Of a stretch of 49,680 bases of DNA, positions 47,782 through 49,680 are shown piece by piece. The position numbers and the translations under genes were made by a program. The notes below the pieces were generated by a model. That model did no database searches, was not told the DNA's origin, and saw only the letters and a program-made list of their open reading frames with translations. The first letter of the stretch is position 1; each line of letters begins with the position of its first letter. Source of the DNA: Flavobacteriales bacterium (GTDB taxonomy: Bacteria > Bacteroidota > Bacteroidia > Flavobacteriales_C > GCA-002722245); contig PBJD01000047.1 of NCBI GenBank assembly GCA_002720635.1, positions 1 to 49,680 of the forward strand, given 5' to 3'.

Positions 47782-48315
47782 ATGCAAATACGTATCGAAA
47801 CAGGAAATAAACAACATGAAAAATACGCAAGTGTAATTGCTAAAATGATTGAACGTGCAGCACAAAAAAAAGAAACAATCCTTGCACTTAGAAAACCTGA
47901 ATTTATACTAGAAAAAATAACACAGGGGAAATCGGTAATTGCACTAGACGGAGATATTGTTGTTGGCTTTTGCTATTTCCAAAATTGGGAAAACGATACT
48001 TTTATCGCTCACTCTGGTTTAATCATAAACGAAAATTATCTTGGCAGAGGTCTTTCAAAAAAAATTAAAAAACAAATTTTTGATGCATCAAGAGAAAAAT
48101 TCCCAAAGGCAAAAATTTTCGGTTTGACCACCTCTCCTGCAGTTATAAAAATTAATCATGAACTTGGATACCAATCCGTAACTTATAATCAATTAACCGA
48201 CGATGAAGATTTCTGGAAAGGTTGCAAAACTTGCTCCAATTATCCACGGCTTATGGAGGCAAAAAGAAAAAAATGTAAATGCACGGGTATGTTAATGGAC
48301 CCAGGGAAAATTTAA
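47782..48315 (+). CDS. GNAT family N-acetyltransferase (arginine-cluster type)
   Basis: 177-aa ORF with the acetyl-CoA-binding motif NENYLGRGLSKKIKKQIF (Q/RxxGxG/A-like) and a Cys-rich C-terminus (CKTC...CKC). Confidence 0.7.
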   Translation: MQIRIETGNKQHEKYASVIAKMIERAAQKKETILALRKPEFILEKITQGKSVIALDGDIVVGFCYFQNWENDTFIAHSGLIINENYLGRGLSKKIKKQIFDASREKFPKAKIFGLTTSPAVIKINHELGYQSVTYNQLTDDEDFWKGCKTCSNYPRLMEAKRKKCKCTGMLMDPGKI

Positions 48316-48341
48316 AATGATTGATTTTATACCGAACGAAT

Positions 48342-49397
48342 TTAAGTATTGTACCTCATTTTATTTCCTACCAACTGTAAATTAGATTCAAAATTAAACT
48401 CAAACAATTGACCTGTTCCCAAACCTTGTGGCAATTTATTTCCGGTTTGGTAGGCAAACTGTGCAATGGCGTTCAACCCTATATTCCCCTCAAGCGCTGA
48501 TGTTGCCCACCAACCCACTTTGTATTTTTGAGCAATCTCAATCCATTCGTTAGAAGATTTAATCCCTCCTATCAGACTAGGTTTAAGTATAATATATTGC
48601 GGTTGAATCAGCTGGATTAACTGCTCTTTTTTTGAATATGTTTTTATGCCTATTAACTCTTCGTCGAGAGCTATTGGAACAGGAGTTTTGCTGCATAAAT
48701 CCGCCATCAATAATTCCTGCTTAGCTGATATTGGCTGTTCAATAGAGTGAATATTCAAATCTGCCAAAAACTGTAACTTATCCAATACTTTTTCTGCGGA
48801 AAAGGCGCCATTTGCATCTACTCTCAACTCCATTTGATCCGATGAAAATCGATTACGGATGTTTTGAAGCATTTTTTTTTCCTCATTCCAATCAATTGCT
48901 CCTATTTTCATTTTTACGCAAGTAAACCCCGACTCAATTTTTTCCTCAATTTGTTGCGACATATAATCATACTTACCCATCCATATCAAACCGTTTATTT
49001 CAATTGTATCGGTCCCTTCCGTGAAACGAGACGGGAAAATAACTTTCCTTCCACCATTTTGCAAATCCAATAAAGCGGCTTCCAAACCAAACTGGATACT
49101 CGGATATTCGGATAATTCATCAGAGTAAATAAAATTTTTCCAATCATTTATATTTTCGCAAACCCAATCCAACTTTTCAGAATACCCATCTTTAGGATCA
49201 ATACTTAGTGTCCATAGTGGGCTGCATTCACCCCAACCCTCTATTTTTTGGGACACAAAGGATAGTTTAAGGATATAAGTATCCTTTTTCTTAAAAGTTT
49301 CTCTTGAGGTTTTGGCGGGTTGCTTAAACACCAGATCATGCCTTTTCCATTCGGCTTTTAAGGGAGTACTGGGTAGGGAAAATAGTGCTTTATACAT
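48342..49397 (-). CDS. menC: Enolase-superfamily enzyme, o-succinylbenzoate synthase-like (MLE subgroup)
   Basis: It has the KxK motif (CVKMKIG), metal ligands (VDANGAF, IEQP, LDEEL) and a second catalytic Lys (ILKPSLIGG). I chose ATG 49397 (MYKALFS...); the ORF-track TTG is at 49484. Specificity (OSBS versus dipeptide epimerase) is not resolved. Confidence 0.65.
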   Translation of the reverse strand: MYKALFSLPSTPLKAEWKRHDLVFKQPAKTSRETFKKKDTYILKLSFVSQKIEGWGECSPLWTLSIDPKDGYSEKLDWVCENINDWKNFIYSDELSEYPSIQFGLEAALLDLQNGGRKVIFPSRFTEGTDTIEINGLIWMGKYDYMSQQIEEKIESGFTCVKMKIGAIDWNEEKKMLQNIRNRFSSDQMELRVDANGAFSAEKVLDKLQFLADLNIHSIEQPISAKQELLMADLCSKTPVPIALDEELIGIKTYSKKEQLIQLIQPQYIILKPSLIGGIKSSNEWIEIAQKYKVGWWATSALEGNIGLNAIAQFAYQTGNKLPQGLGTGQLFEFNFESNLQLVGNKMRYNT

Positions 49398-49508
49398 ACC
49401 ACAAAGATAATCGAGTTTTGAATTCCCCGTCAAACTAGGTAGAATCCGGTAAATTTCGGTAATTTTGCAATACTGAAAAACCAACTCAATGGTTTAAAAA
49501 CAATAAAA

Positions 49509-49680
49509 ATGAAAAAAGTCGTTTTAGCATATAGTGGAGGTTTAGACACAACCTATTGTGTCAAATATTTAGGTGATCTAGGATATGAAGTCCATGCTGT
49601 TTTAGTAGATACAGGTGGTTTCTCGCAAGAAGAATTGAACTTCGTTGAAAAAAGAGCAAACAGTATTGGTGTAGCCTCAT
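49509..49680 (+). CDS. argG: Argininosuccinate synthase (5' fragment, runs off the window)
   Basis: It starts MKKVVLAYSGGLDTTYCVKYL, the N-type ATP-pyrophosphatase motif SGGLDTS/T of ArgG. Confidence 0.85.
   Translation, partial: MKKVVLAYSGGLDTTYCVKYLGDLGYEVHAVLVDTGGFSQEELNFVEKRANSIGVAS

Noticed and set aside
48872-48880. T9 (A9 on the coding strand) homopolymer inside the menC-like gene, checked as a second frameshift site
   Set aside because: The reading frame is continuous across it (…NEEKKMLQNIR…), so the gene is intact.
1-49680. Scan for tRNA/rRNA genes, CRISPR arrays, IS elements, integrases, prophage or island boundaries
   Set aside because: All intergenic gaps are about 200 bp or shorter, and none showed tRNA-like cloverleaf features by eye. 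There are no direct-repeat arrays and no transposase or recombinase-like ORFs. Composition appears uniformly AT-rich, so I see no evidence for a mobile or accessory island.

Overview
This is an AT-rich chromosomal segment that looks like Bacteroidota, probably Flavobacteriia-like. Supporting signs are the T9SS translocon gene sprA, a cargo protein with a type-B T9SS C-terminal domain, TAnnTTTG-type -7 promoter boxes, and the pdxA-yceD-rpmF-plsX-fabH-accB-accC gene order. About 40 genes are densely packed, and most are housekeeping: trmB, ansA, cobB, maeB, ruvA, the fatty-acid initiation cluster, pepA, queG, tadA, aspS, mgtE, gltA and the 5' end of argG. I found no rRNA or tRNA genes, CRISPR arrays, transposases or integrases, and no obvious compositional island. 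Four loci go beyond housekeeping. (1) 40.3-47.7 kb holds a tightly packed operon (SpoIIM-like fusion, DUF4129, DUF4350, MoxR AAA+, DUF58) with a divergent RDD gene. It is a membrane/AAA+ module with no assigned function and is my top candidate for an undescribed system. (2) 34.0-35.0 kb holds a translationally coupled SiaB-like kinase and SiaC-like (DUF1987) pair. A 1078-aa periplasmic double-propeller/Y_Y_Y sensor fused to a PP2C phosphatase lies 1.5 kb away, and no diguanylate cyclase or other output gene is visible. (3) 23.8-25.4 kb holds an orphan carrier-protein/MBOAT pair with no ligase or extracytoplasmic partner. (4) A comF-like gene is split by a frameshift inside an A10 homopolymer. 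All family assignments come from motif recognition by eye and need HMM or BLAST confirmation.
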